Below, piece after piece: positions 47,110 through 60,928 of a stretch of DNA of 64,000 nucleotides. How positions within the stretch are numbered: the first letter of the stretch is position 1; each line of letters begins with the position of its first letter. This DNA is from Squalus acanthias (taxonomy: Eukaryota). Where the stretch lies: positions 153,638,001-153,702,000 of the forward strand of contig CM059431.1 in assembly GCA_030390025.1 (NCBI GenBank), written 5' to 3'. Both the position numbers and the translations under genes were made by a program. The notes beneath the pieces were generated by a model. It was not told where the DNA came from. It did no database searches and saw only the letters and a program-made list of their open reading frames with translations.

Positions 47110-49008
47110 TTTATATCTCTCTCTCTTTATCTCCCTCTCTCTCTCTCTTCGTCACTCATTCTCCCCCTCTCTCTATCTCAGTTTCTCTCACACCCTCTCG
47201 CTCTTTGTTTCCTTCTCTCTCTGTAGTACTCTTTCTGTTTCTTTCCCTCTCTTTCTTTGGACATGAGTCTAGGTTCGGATCGGTCATGGCCCTATGGGTA
47301 GCGTACCGGGCCCAGGGGCCGTGTAGCCTGATCCTCCTCCTATTTCGTGTGTCCAATTCTGTTAGGTTCAGGAGATGGTTCGGCGATAGTAGATTGGCGG
47401 TTAGGATCATATCAGCCATGATCTTATTGAATGGCGGAGCAGGCTCGAGGGGCCAATTGGCCTACTCCTGCTCCTATTTCTTATGTTCTTATGTTCGTAT
47501 GTTCTCTACCCCTCGCTCTCCCTCGCTCTCTGTTTCCTCTCAACCTCTCTGTTTCTGTATTTTTTCTCTGTTTCTCTTTCTCTACCTCTGTCTTTCTCGC
47601 ACTCCCTCATTCTCTCTTTCTCTCTCCCCCATTCTTTATCTCCTCCATCTCTTTTACTATCCCTCTCCCTCCCTCTTCCACTCTATCCCACTCTTTCCAG
47701 TCTTTCTCCCCCTCTCTCTACTCTTTCTACCCCTCTCTCTCTTCCTCTCTCTCTTTCTCCCCTCGCTCCCTCTTCCTCTTTCTCACTCTCTCCCACTCGC
47801 TCTTTTCCTTTCTCTTTCTTATCTTCTCTCTCCCTCGTACACTTTCTGTTTCTCTCCCTCTCTCTTCCTCTCTCGCTCTTTCTCTGTATCTCCCTCCCGC
47901 TCTTTCTCTTTCTCTCCCTCTCTCTTCCTCTCTCGCTCTTTCTCTGTATCTCCCTCCCGCTCTTTCTCTTTCTCTCCCTCTATTTCTATCTCTCAATCTT
48001 TCTCCCTTTCTCTCTCTCGCTTTTTCTCTCTCCCTCTCTCTCCCTCTTTCTCTTCCTCCCTGTCTCTTTATCTTTCTCTCTCCATCTCACTCACTATCTC
48101 CCTCTATTTCTCTTACTCTCGTTCTCTCTTTTTCTCTCCTGTTATTTCTTTCTCACCACCCCTCTCTTTCTCTCTCTCCATCTCTATCTCTCCCTCTTTC
48201 TCTCCCTCTCTTTCACTATTTGTCGCTCTCTCTCTCTCTTCTCTGCCTCTCTTTCTCCCTCTTCCTCTCTCTCTTTCCCTCTCTTTCTCTGTCTCCCTAT
48301 TTCTCTTTTTCAACCTCTTTCTCTCCCTCTCCCTCTCTCCTGCTCCCTTTCTTTCTCTCTCTCCCTTCCTCTCTTTCCCTCTCTCTTTCTCTCTCTCTCT
48401 TCTTGTTCGTACTTTCTCTCTCCCTCTTCTCTCTCTCCCTCTTCTCTCTCGCTCTTTCTCTCCCCCCTCTCTCTCTCTCTCTCCCTCCTCTCTCGTACTT
48501 TCTCTCCCCCTCTCTCTCTCTGCCTCTTGCTCTGCCTCTGTCTCTCTCCCTCTCTCTCTCTCTCTCTCCCTCTTCACTCTCGTACTTTCTCTCTCCCTCT
48601 CTCTCTCTCCACCCCCTCTCTTTTCCTCTCTCTCTCTCTCTCTCTTCTCTCTCGTACTTTCTCTCTCCCTCTCTCTCTCCACCTCCCTCTCTTTCCCTCT
48701 TCTCTCTCTCCCTCTTCTCTCTCGCACTTTCTCTCCCCCTCTCCCTCTCTGTCTCTCTCTCCCTCTCTGCCTCTCTCTCTCCCTCTCTCTCTCTCCCTCC
48801 CTCTCTCGCTTCCACTCTTTCTCTCTACCTCCCTCTTTCCCTCTCTCTCTTTCTCTCTCTCTCTTCTCTCTCGCAGTTTCTCTCTCCCCCTCTCTCTCTC
48901 CCTCTCTTTCCCTCGCTCTTTCTCTCTCCCTCTTCTCTCTCGCACTTTCTCTCTCCCTCTCTCTCTCTCCCTCCGTCTCTTTCCCTCTCTCTCTTTCTCT
49001 CTCACTTA
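47110..49008. repeat. CT-rich low-complexity tract (with CR1 3' remnants at ~47265-47503)
   Basis: (CT)n-derived sequence. Confidence 0.95.
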
Positions 49009-49416
49009 TAAGCGGATCAGGTAGTGTAGGTGATGGAGCGTTACTTATCACCACATTTCCCCCGCCCATGTGAATCCTTGGGTCAATCCCGCTCTCACAG
49101 TCATTCACCTCTGAGACGTGGCACAGGCCTGCGCTCACACAAAGGGGAGCCAGTGGATCCTGCGACAGACGGACTGAGGTGGGACCCTTGCGAAGGTTAA
49201 CCAGGCCCTCAGTGGGGACGACGTGTAGAAGAAACAGTCTGGTCCTGACACACAGCCAATAGAGGGTATACTTTAGACACAGCTCCATCCAGTCCCTGTG
49301 CATACAGTGAAATAGCAGCACCTTGTACAGCTTCCATTGTGTTAAAGGGGATTTCTGCGGTGACTCAGTTCCTGAAACTGTCATTGCCGCGCAGCTGTAC
49401 TGCCTATTGTTTCAGC

Positions 49417-50070
49417 CAACGTTGTCTACCTTGATACGTTGCAGTAAAGGATGCTCCAGAGCATGGTACATCGGCGAGACCATGCAGACACTGAGACAAC
49501 GTATGAACGGACACCGCACAACAATCGCCAGGCAGGAGGGTTGCCTCCCAGTCGGGGAACACTTCAGCAGTCAGGGGCATTCAGCCTCGGATCTGCGGGT
49601 AAGTATTCTCCAAGGCGGCCTTCGGGATACACGACAGCACAAAATCATAGATCAGAAACTGATAGCCAAGTACCGCACTCATGAGGATGGCCTCAATCGC
49701 GATATCGGGTTCATGTCACGATACAGAACGTGACTTGACATCATGGCCGGTCTTTCCAAGTTTTGTTTTAAAAAGACTAATGGAGAGGATATGCAGCCAG
49801 CAGGTGTTTTGACACGTTGGACCCCCTGGGACACATCTCATTGTCTTGGCTGTGCTCTTAGTGTGTCTTTGATGTAGGGAAAGATTTGAATAGATTTTTT
49901 CTGTGTTTATATTGTGAATTCTGGGAGATTCTCTCACAGCTACCTTACCTGAAGAAGGAGCGAACAGCTCCGAAAGCTTGTAAAATTAAATAAATCTGTT
50001 GGACTATAACCTGGTGTTGTGCAACTTCTGATTTTTGTCCACCCCAGTCCAACGCCGGCATCTCCACATC
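49417..50070 (+). mobile_element. Penelope-like element 3' fragment (GIY-YIG + terminal repeat) with target-site duplication
   Basis: LIRCSKGCSRAWYIGETMQTLRQRMNGH. attgtttcagc is repeated at 49406-49416 and 50071-50081. Confidence 0.92.
49945..49983 (+). ncRNA. Minimal type I hammerhead ribozyme
   Basis: TTAC-CTGAAGA-A-GGAGC gaaca GCTCC-GAAA-GCTT-GTAA. Confidence 0.82.
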
Positions 50071-50475
50071 ATTGTTTCAGCGAGAGAGCTGCAAAATCCT
50101 GCTGGTGTCAAGGAGCCCAGCTGGAATGTGAGGTTCCCAGTCGGTGTACATGTGTAAACCTGCAATGGGGCTTTTTTTACCCTCAGCTGTGGTCACTACA
50201 TTCCCAAATGTGCACAGGCTAAAAGTGTGAAACTTCATAAGCACGGATTCTGCAGGAAGCTCTTCGAACAAAGTGCCGCTGCTCCTGACCCTTCGCTGAC
50301 CTCTGCTCAATCACCCAAGACCCATTTATTCCCGCACGGAGACGAAACAGCGAGTGGTTGAGGATCTTGAATCGCGGGAACTGGTATTCAAGCGAAATCG
50401 GATCCTTCTTCACTGCACAGATTTGACATATATATTGACAGAACAGCAATCAGGAACAAGAACCTTGCTTCATTT

Positions 50476-50616
50476 CCACACATACACACACACACACTCA
50501 GACACACTCAGACAGGCACAGACACAGACACACATACACACACACTCAGACACACACAGGCACAGACAGACGCACACACAGACAAACAGACACACGCACA
50601 CAGGGACACACACACA

Positions 50617-50656
<40 letters not shown>

Positions 50657-51463
50657 GACACACACACAGACACACACACACACACTCAAACAGAGGCACA
50701 CACACAGCCACACACACACGCAGGCACACACACACACAGATACAAACACATACAGACACACACACACAGGCACACACACACACACAGACACACACACACA
50801 GACACACACACACACAGACACACACACACAGACACACACGCAGACACACACAGACACACACAAACACACACACAGACACACACACACAGACACTCACGCA
50901 GACACACACAGACACACACGCACATATACACACACAGCCACACACACAAAGACACATGCACACAGACATATGCACACATATACACACACAGACACACACA
51001 AACACACAAAGACACATGCACACAGACATATGCACACATATACACACACAGACATACTCAAAAAGACACGTGCACACACAGACACATGCACACATATATA
51101 CACACAGACATACACAAAAAGACACATGCACACACAGACACATGCACACATACACACAAAGACACATGCACACATATACACACAGAAACACACACACAAA
51201 AACACACACACTCACAGATACACACACTCAGACACACACAGATACACACAGACACAGACATTAACACACACAGACACACAGACACAGACACACACAGGCA
51301 CACACACACAGAAACACACACACACTATCAGGCACACAGACACAGACACACTCAGACACACAAACACAGACACACACACACACTATCAGGCACACACAGA
51401 CACACACACACACACACACACACAGACACACACAGACACACACACACACACACACATGCACAC
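50476..51463. repeat. (CA)n-derived compound microsatellite
   Basis: Direct observation. Confidence 0.97.
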
Positions 51464-51912
51464 AAATAGGAGTAGAATTAGGCCATTCAGCCTCTCGAGC
51501 CTGTTCCACTATTCAATCCTATCATGGTTGGTCTGCTTCTTAACTCCATTTACCCGCCTTGGTTTCCTGACCCTTAACACCCTAGCCTAACAAAAATCTA
51601 TCCACCCCAGTTTTGAAATTTTCAGTTGATCCCCAGCCACAACAGCTTTTTGAGGGGAGGGCGTTCCAGATTCCCACTACCCTTTGTGTGAAGATCTGCT
51701 TCCGGACATCACCCCCTGAACGGCCTGGCTCTAATTTGATGATTCTGCCCCCTTGTTCTAGACTCTCCCCCGCTCACCCAACCACTGGAAATAGTTTCTC
51801 TCTATTCACTCTCTCAACTCCCTGAATCATCTTCAACACCTGAATTAGATCTCCCCTTAATCTTCCACATGCAAGGCATTTGAATCATTTTAGCCCTGGT
51901 ATCATTCTGGTA
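51464..51912 (-). mobile_element. CR1 3' fragment
   Basis: 3' UTR motif ggccattcagcctctcgagcctgttccac. Confidence 0.8.
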
Positions 51913-52896
51913 TCTTCTTCCATTTTTAGGATTCGGTATCGCATTAGCTTTCATAATCTTTTCAGCATAATCAAAAATCAGACTAAGGATCTAATTTAAA
52001 TGTAAACTTACCCCATTGAGACAATGCTGTAAATCTCCAGAATACTCTTAACCTTCAAATAGTGAACTGATTTATTGTTATCTCAGTCTTGCACTATGAG
52101 ATTAATATTATTCTATATTCTCGGTATTAAAGCACCATCTCAGGTTTCCTGACAGCACGTCTCTCGTTGTCCTCTGGCCAGTCGTCAGATGTCAATATTT
52201 AATCAGCAGAAATGTTGGGGGGTTTTGCTGCTCGACACAGTGTGCAGTTCAGACATGAAAATGACCATCAAACCCCACCGGATATGATGGCTGTGTGCGA
52301 ACAAAAGCTTGTCAGATTTTGGTGATTGTGGTTTGTGGGCTGTGCAGAGAGCGCTCTGTAAAGTAGCAACAAGAATAGGTGTTTTAACATTTGTATAAGC
52401 ACCCAATCTCGAAAGTGGTCAAGTGTTTTTTTTAATTCTGGGACCTGGGCATAATCCTGCTCAGTCACAAGGGGTGAAGAGTGCCTGTCTCTCTGATTGA
52501 GGGGAATGGGTCAGACACTGTCTTTCCAACACTTGATGTGGTTCACCTGACAGAGTGCAATAGCCCTCCACTCCCTGAAGGGACAATTATTCTGAAGGGG
52601 GTCGAATATTGCCATTTCATCTCAACTCCAGCCTAAACGGGAGATAAAGTGCTCCTTTGCCTGGTGGGGACTGTGTAGTAAAGTTCCTCAGCCGCTATCT
52701 TTTTACCAGGAACTGGATTGAAACTCAGCCCAGATACGGGGATTGAATAGACCCACTTTCTGATTGGGGGGCTTGGTGGAGCAACAAGCCACACACCATC
52801 CCGTCACTGGGGTGCCACGGGTTCAGCTCTGAAATGGCGAGGACCCATAATCACACAAATAGACTCAGCGAGTTTACCACACAATCTTTTGTCACG

Positions 52897-53742
52897 GAGA
52901 GGCGGGAGATGGAGAGATAAAGGGAGATAGAGAGATAGCGAAATAGAGAGGTAGAGAAAGATAGGGAGATAGAGAGATAGAGGGAGACAGAGAGATAGAG
53001 AAAGATAGGGAGATAGAGAGATAGAGGGAGACAGAGAGATAGAGGGAGATAGGGAGATAGAGAGATAGAGGGAGATAGAGAGATAGAGGGAGATAGGGAG
53101 GTAGAGAGATAGAGGGAGATAGAGAGATAGATGGAGATAGGGAGATAGAGAGATAGAGGGAGATAGAGAGATAGAGGGAGATAGAGGGAGATAGAGAGAT
53201 AGAGAAAGATAGGGAGATAGTAGTGAGATAGAGGGAGATAGGGAGATAGAGAGATAGAGGGAGATAGGGAGATAGAGAGATAGAGGGAGATAGAGAGATA
53301 GAGGGAGATAGGGAGATAGAGAGATAGAGGGAGATAGGGAGATAGATGGAGAGTGATAGATGGATAGATAGAGAGAGAGAGCGATAGAGACAGATGGAGA
53401 GAAAGGTCGAAAGCAAGAAAAATATGAAGAAAAAAGACAAAAGAAATATAGCACGAATGAAAGAAAGAAAGAACAAGAATTATAAAAAAGATAGATAGAA
53501 AGTAAGGAAGATAAAGGGAAAGACAGCAAGAAAGGTACAAAGAAAGCAAGAAAGAAAGATAAAAGGAAAGATAAAGATCGAAAGAGAGAAAGAAAGAGTA
53601 TTATACAGAAAGAAAAAATATTGAAAGAAATATGGAACGAAAGAAAGAAAAGATGAAAGGCAGATAGGAAGATAAAGGGAAAGAAAGCAAGAAAGAAAGA
53701 ACGATAGAAAGAAAGAAGGAAAATACAAAGGCAGAAAGAAAG
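52897..53742. repeat. GA/GATA/GAAA-rich simple repeat
   Basis: Direct observation. Confidence 0.95.
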
Positions 53743-53749
53743 AACTTTG

Positions 53750-54105
53750 ATCTGTTAAGCGCCGTTGTTTCGAATCGCTTCACAGCCACTGAATCACTTC
53801 ACTTTGTGACGTTCAGTTTCTGTTCCTGTGTAGGAGAGTCGCAGCCAATAAGCACACAGCAAGGTTCCACAATCAGCCAATGGCATGGCTTTCCAATTTA
53901 TTTGTTTTAATGCAAATTATTAACAGAGAAAATATGGACAAATCACCTGGAGAGTTTCCTGGTCTTCTTTGAAGGAATTCCAGGGAATCTGCTGCACTCA
54001 CCCGGATAAAGCTCGGCTTTCACAACTCACTCAGACGCTGCATCCCCGACAGAGCCGCACCCCTTCAGTGCAGTTCTGAAGATTGAACGAGACAGTGTCG
54101 CCCAA
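53750..54105 (-). mobile_element. Degenerate Deu/SacSINE1-like SINE
   Basis: gcagccaataagcacacagcaaggttccac resembles 63305-63340. Confidence 0.6.
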
Positions 54106-54383
54106 AGTAAGTGACATTCTGTCTGTTTCTGCAATGGGCGACCCGGGGGGCAAGTGGAAAATGTACCCCAGCATTATACTGGAGAGAGTCAAATAGTAGA
54201 CTCGAGAGATTTGGTGCAAAGCTGGACTTCTGCACTGCCTCAGTCGGGGAACAGACACAGGTCGGCAAATGGTGTGTTTTCCATAACAGTGTAACTTATA
54301 CAGTGAAACAAAGACAAATATAGGGAACCTTTTCATACGTTATGTTAGCTGCAGGAATTCCCAATGATTGCATTTAATTTTAA

Positions 54384-56392
54384 GAGAGCAACAGAGAGAG
54401 AGAGAGAGAGTGAGAGAGAGAGAGCGAGAGAGAGCGCGACAGAGAGAGAGAGAGAGACAGACAGAGAGAGACAAACAGAAAGAAACAGGCAGAGACAAAT
54501 AGAGCGACAGAGAGAGAGCGAGCAGCAGACGGAGTGAGAGGGACAGACCCAGAGAGAGCGACGGACTAACAGAGACAGACACGCACAGGTTGAGTGGTAG
54601 ACAGACAGAGAGCGCGAAAGACAGCGCAACAGAGAGAGTGAAAGAGACAGCGAGAGCGACAGAGTGACAATCACAGAGAGAGAGACAGACAGATAGACAG
54701 ACAGAGAAAGAGCAGCAGACAGGGAGATAAAGTGAGAGCGTGACAGACCGAGAGAGTGAAACAGACAGCGAGAGCGACAGAGAGTGAGCGACACAGACAG
54801 AGAGAGAGAGAGAGACAGAGAGAGAGCGACAGACAGAGAGAGAGCGGCAGACAGAGAGAGAGAGGCGGGAGAGACAGACAGACAGAAAGGGGCAGAGACA
54901 GAGACAGGCAGAGAGACAGAGAGAGGTAGGGAGAGAGAGAGAGACAGAAAGGGGCAGAGACAGAGACAGGCAGAGAGACAGAGAGAGGCAGGGAGAGAGA
55001 GAGAGACAGAAAGGGGCAGAGACAGAGAGAGAGGCAGAGAGACAGAGAGAGGCAGGGAGAGAGAGAGAGACAGAAAGGGGCAGAGACAGAGAGAGAGGCA
55101 GAGAGACAGAGAGAGGCAGGGAGAGAGAGAGAGACAGAAAGGGGCAGAGACAGAGAGAGAGGCAGAGAGACAGAAAGAGGCAGGGAGAGAGAGACAGACA
55201 GAAAGGGGCAGAGACAGAGACAGACAGAGAGAGAGTGAGTGTGTGTCCTGGGCCAGAGAGAGACACAGAGGGAGAGAGAGAGAGAGAGAGAGACAGAGCG
55301 AGAGAGAGAGAGTCCTGGGCCAGAGAGTGAGTGTGTGTCCTGGGCTGGAGAGACAGTGTGTGTCCTGGGCCAGAGAGAGAGAGAGAGAGCAACAGAGAGC
55401 GAGCGGGCGGGTAAAAGTGATCGATTCACTCCGGTCTGGCACTAAACGGCCCGTGTGACGTTGGACAGTGTTGCATTGATACATCACCCATGGGGAAACC
55501 TGCACTCTGTGCAAACCTTTAACAGGGAACTACATGTCCCGCGTAATCTGAATCCAGCAGACTCGGAAACACACACACCCATCCATGGGAATCTAGAAAG
55601 TCTCCGGGGGACAACAGAGAGAGAGCGGGAAATATATTTACAGCCTGAGATTGGAACACAGAGAGCAGCTGGTGAATCATACCTAGTCACACAGAGATAA
55701 ACAGAGACAATGTGAAACAGAAAGAGAGAGAGACCCACAAACATAGACATAGAGAGAGGGACAGAGTGAAACAGAGGGAGAGAGAGACCCACACACATAG
55801 ACATAGAGAGAAGGACAGAGAGAAACAGAGGGAGAGAGAGACACACACAAATAGACATAGAGAGAGGGACAGAGGGAAACAGAGGGAGAGAGAGACACAC
55901 ACAGATAGACATAGAGAGAGGGACAGAGGGAAACAGAGGGAGAGAGAGACCCACACACATAGACATAGAGAGAGGGATAGAGAGAAACAGAGGAAGAGAG
56001 AGACACACACAGATAAACATAGAGAGAGGGACAGAGAAACAGAGGGAGAGAGAGACCCACACACACATAGACAAAGAGAGAGGGACAGAGAGAAACAGAG
56101 AGAGAGACCCACACACATAGACATAGAGAGAGGGACAGATAAAAACAGAGGGGGAGAGAGACCCACACACACATAGACATAGAGAGAGGGACAGAGAGAA
56201 ACAGAGAGAGAGACAGAGGGAGAGAAAGTGAAACAGAGGGAGAGAGAGAGAGAGACAGAGGGAGAGAGAGTGAAACAGAGGGAGAGAGACACACACATAG
56301 ACATAGAGACAGGGACAGAGAGAAACAGAGGGAGAGAGAGAGAGACAGAGTGAGAGAAAGTGAAACAGAGGAAGAGACACACACAGATAGAC
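54384..56392. repeat. GA-rich micro/minisatellites flanking a unique island (55403-55690)
   Basis: Direct observation. Confidence 0.92.
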
Positions 56393-56631
56393 AGGTTAAC
56401 AAAATTAAGGCTCATGGAATAGGTGGGTCAGTGAAAGCTTGGATAAGGAATTGGCTTAAAGACAGAAAACAGCGAGTTGTGGTGAATGGCTGTTTTGCAG
56501 ACTGGAGGAGGGTAGACAGTGGTGCTCTTAAAGGGTCAGTGCTGGGGCCACTGCTTTTTTCGATATATATAAATGACCTAGATATTGGAATAGAGAGTAG
56601 AATTTCTAAATTTGCCGATGACACCAAATTG

Positions 56632-56673
<42 letters not shown>

Positions 56674-57845
56674 GGGTGGTGGCAAACAGTGATGATGGCA
56701 TCAATCGACTGCAACAGGACATAGAAAGGCTAGCAGAATGGGCAGACAAGTGGCAGATGGAATTTAATACAGAGAAGTGTGAGGTGATGCATTTTGGCAG
56801 AAGGAACAGGGAGAAACATAGAAACATAGAAACATAGAATCTAGGAGCAGGAGTAGGCCATTCGGCCCGTCGAGCCTGCTCCACCATTCAATACGATCAT
56901 GGCTGATCATTCAAATCCAGTACCCTGTCCCTGCTTTAATCCCCACAGTACACATATCCCACCCTAGCCCCGTAACCCCACATATTTAATTCCCCCTAAC
57001 ATATCCCATCCTATCCCCATAACCCCACATATTTAATCCCCCCCCCCTAACACTAAGGGTCAATTTATCATAGCCAAATCAGAGGCAATATAGACTTAAT
57101 GGCACAGTTTTAAAGAGTGTGCAGGGACAGAGGGACCTGGAAGTTAATGTGCATAGGTCCCTGAAAGTGGCAGGATATATTGAGAGAGTGGTTAGCAAAG
57201 CATATTAGATCTAGGGCTTTATAAATAGGGGTATTGAGTGCAAAAGTAGAGAAGTTATGCTGAATCTTTATAAAGCGCTGGTTAGGCCACAGCTGGAGTA
57301 TTGCGTTCAATTCTGGTCACCACACTTTAGGAAGCATGTGAAGGCCCTTGAGAGGGTGCAGAGGAGATTTACCAGAATGGTTCCGGGGATGGGGGATCTT
57401 AGCTACAAGGACAGGTTGGAGAAGCTGGATTTGTTTTCATTAGAGCAAAGGAGGTTGCGGGGTTATTTGATAGAGGTGTACAAGATTATGACGGGTTTGG
57501 ATAGGCTAGACGGGGAAAGGCTGTTCCCACTAGTTGATGGCACAAGGACTAGGGGACACAGATTTAAGGTTTTGGGCAAGAGATACAGGGGGGATGTGAG
57601 GAAAATCTTTTTTACACAGCGAGTGGTGATGACCTGGAACTCGCTGCCGACGGAAGTAGTGGAAGTGGAGACACTCAATGTTTTCAAGGGGAGACTGGAT
57701 AGGCCCTTGAGGGAAATAAACTTGCAGGGCTACGGAGATAGAGCGGGGGAATGGGACTGACTGGATTGCTCTGCAGAGAGCCGGCACGGACTCGATGGGC
57801 GGAATGGCCTCCTTCTGTGCCGTTATGACTCTATGACTCTATGAC
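56393..57845 (+). mobile_element. CR1 fragment with a 40-nt poly-G and nested inserts (56812-57078)
   Basis: GSVLGPLLFSIYINDLD..SKFADDTK; ORF 57257-57760; tail (atgactct)n. Confidence 0.92.
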
Positions 57846-58375
57846 ATAGACATAGAGAGGGACAGAGAGAAACAGAGGGGGAGAGAGAGTGAGACAGAGG
57901 GAGAGAGTGAAACAGAGGAAGAGAGAGAGTGAGACAGAGGGAGAGACAGACACATACACAGAAATAGACAGGGGCAGAGAGAAACAGAGGGAAAGATAAA
58001 AAGAAAAACAGAGGGAGAGAAACAGAGAGAGAGACAGACTCAGAGAAAGTGAACACTCCTCTGAATTCTGAACCCCCTCCTCTGACTTCCCAGCTCTTTA
58101 TGTGACTCCGCTGAATTAACTCCAGCTCAACTTTGAACCAGGTTTGAAAAATATCTGGACTGTGAAGCGACTGCAAAGTAATTGGAACCCTTTGTTTGTC
58201 ATTTCACTTCAATTATGCAGTAATGAGTCTGATCTGATATAGAACATGGTGTGGAAGAGCCGGCGTCCTGGATCATATATTGATAGTGAGTCGCTGGTGA
58301 TCGTGGGGCAGGTCCCGGAGTGGTTTCACATTTTAGATAGTTTCAAAAGTGCTCATTGGTATGAAAAAAAAGAAG

Positions 58376-58988
58376 CGGGGGGAGAGAGGGGGGGAGGGAG
58401 AGAGAGAGGGGGAGGGAGAGAGAGCGGGGGAGGGAGAGAGGGAGAGAGAGAGAGCGGGGTGCGAGAGAGACTGGGAGAGAGAGAGACCGGGAGAGAGAGA
58501 CAGGGAGAGAGTGCGACATGGAGAGAGAGAGACAGGGAGAGAGAGAGGAAGTGGGGAAGAGAGGGAGAGGGGAAGAGAGGGTGAGGGGAAGAGAGTGAGA
58601 GTGGAAGAGGGGAAGAAAGGGAGAGGGGAAGTGAGAGGGGAGGGAGAGAGAGGGGATGGAGAGACAGTGGGGAGAGAGAGCGGGGAGAGAGAGGCGAGAG
58701 AGAGGGTAGGGAGAGAGATGGGAGAGAGAGAGGGGTGGGAGAAAGAAAGGGGGGAGGGGATGGAGAGAGAGTGGAGGGAGAGAGGGGCAGGGAGAGAGGG
58801 GAGATAGCAGGGGAGAGAGGGGAAGAGATAGAGTGGGAGAGGGGAGGGAGAGGGGAGAGAGAGAGCAACAGACAGGTAAGATAGAGTGAGAGAGAGTGAG
58901 AGCGAGAGAGGGAGTGACAGAGAGCGAGAGTGAGAGCGACAGACAGGAGAGAGAGCAACAGACAGAAAGAGCAAGTAAGAAAGAAAGC
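58376..58988. repeat. G/A-rich low-complexity tract
   Basis: Direct observation. Confidence 0.95.
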
Positions 58989-60928
58989 TTCATCTTACTC
59001 TTTATCTCTTTCATCATCCAGGGAGCTCTGACTTTGGTTGCCCTACCTTTCCCCCTCGTGGGAATGTACCTCGACTGTACCAAAACCACCTCCTCTTTAA
59101 AGGCAGCCTATTGTTCTATTACAGTTTTGCCTGCCAATCTTTGATTCCAATTTACCCGGGCCAGATCCATTCTCAATCCACTGAAATTGGCCTTTCCTCC
59201 AATTAAGTATTTTTACTCTAGTTTGCTCCTTGTCCTTTTCCAAAGCTAATCTAAACCGTAGGATATTATGATCACTGTTCCCTAAATGTTCCCCGACTGA
59301 CACTTGCTCCAATTGACCCACCTCATTCCCCAGAACCAGATCCAGCAATGCCTCCTTCCTCGTTGGACCGGAAATGTACTGATTAAACTTCAGAAATTCT
59401 TCCCCTCTCTGCCCTTTACACTATTACTATCCCAGTCTATATTAGGATAGTTGAAGTCCCCCATTATCACTACTCTATAGTTCTTGAACCTCTCTGTAAT
59501 TTCCCTGCAAATTTGCTCCTCTATATACTCCCCACTAGTTGGTGGCCTATAGAATACACCTAGTAATGTAATGGCGCCTCTATTGTTTCTTAACTCTAAG
59601 CAAATACATTCTGTCATTGACCCCTTCAGGACATCTTCTCCAGCACTGTAATATTCTCCGTAATCAATACTTTGTTTTTATTCATTCATGGGATGTGGGC
59701 GTCGCTGGCAAGGCCAGCATTTATTGCCCATCCCTAATTACCCTAGAGAAGGTGGTGGTGTGTTGCCTACTTGAACCGCTGCAGTCCGTGTTGTGAAGGT
59801 ACTCCCACAGTGCTGTTAGGGAGGGAGCTCCAGGATTTTGACCCAGCGATGATGAAGACCGGCGATATACTTCCAAGTCAGGATGGTGTGTGAGTTGGAC
59901 GGGAACTTGATGGTGGTGGAGTTCCAATGTGCCTGTTGCTCTTGTCCTTCTAGGTGCAAGAGGTCACGGGTTTGGGAGGTGCTGCCGAAGAAGCCTTGGC
60001 GAGTTGCTGCAGTGCATCTTGTAGATGTTACAGACTGCAGCCACGGTATGCTGGTGGTGGAGGGAGTGAATGTTTAAGGTGGTGAATGGGGTGCCAAATT
60101 AAGTGGGCTGCCAATTAAGTGGGCTGCTTTGTCCTGGATGGTGTCGAGCTTCTTGAGTGTATTTGGAGCTGCAATCATCCAAGCAAGTGGAGAGTATTCC
60201 ATCACACTACTTATTTGTGCCTTGTAGATGGTAGAGAGGCTTTAGGGAGTCAGGAGGTGAGACACTCGCCGCAGAATACCCAGCCTCTGACCTGCTTTTG
60301 TTGCCACAGTATTTATGTGGCTGGTCCAGTTAAGTTTCTGGACCACACCACCTCCTTTCTTTCCTTCCCTATCTTTACTGAACACTTTATATCCAGGAAT
60401 ATTTTGTCCTTTTTTCAGCCAGGTCTCCGTTATAGCCAAGACATCATAAGGATATAAGAAATAGGAGCAGGAGTAGGGCTCTTGGCCCCTCGAGCTTGCT
60501 CCGCCATTCAATAAGATCATGGCTGATCTTTTACTTCATCTCCACTTTCCTGCACTATCCCCATATCCCTTGATTCCATTAATATTCAAAAATCTATCAA
60601 TCTCTGTCTTGAATATACTCAACGACTGAGCCTCCACAGGCCTCTAGGGTAGAGAATTCCAAAGATTCACCACCCTCAGAGAAGAAATTTCTCCTCATCT
60701 CAGTCCTAAATGGCCAACCTCTTATTCTGAGACTATGACCCCTGGTTCTAGACTCCCCAGCCAGGGGAATCATCCTCCCTGCATTTACCCTGTCAAACCC
60801 TGTAAGAATTTTGTATCTTTCAATGAGATCACCTCTCATTCTTCTCAACTCACCTTCCCATGTGGCTATTTGCGCCTGCAGCTCACCAACCTTATTTACC
60901 ACACTTTGTGCGTTTGCCCCAAAGCACT
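58989..60928 (-). mobile_element. CR1 ORF2 N-terminal (APE) fragment interrupted by a different LINE 3' end (59672-60342) and a CR1 3' end (60450-60848)
   Basis: NAQSVVNKVGELQAQI / YDVLAITETWL..KDREGKKGGGV / GVFYRPP..MGDFNYPNIDW in order, with the inserts in between. Confidence 0.85.

Noticed and set aside
54340..54385. KCNHWEFLQLT resembling the ART C-terminal KSWEFLQL
   Set aside because: Only a six-residue match with no adjacent ART homology. Treated as coincidence.
47205..59089. Many 200-600 aa Ser/Leu, Arg/Glu, His/Thr and Cys/Val ORFs
   Set aside because: Translations of CT/GA/CA microsatellites.
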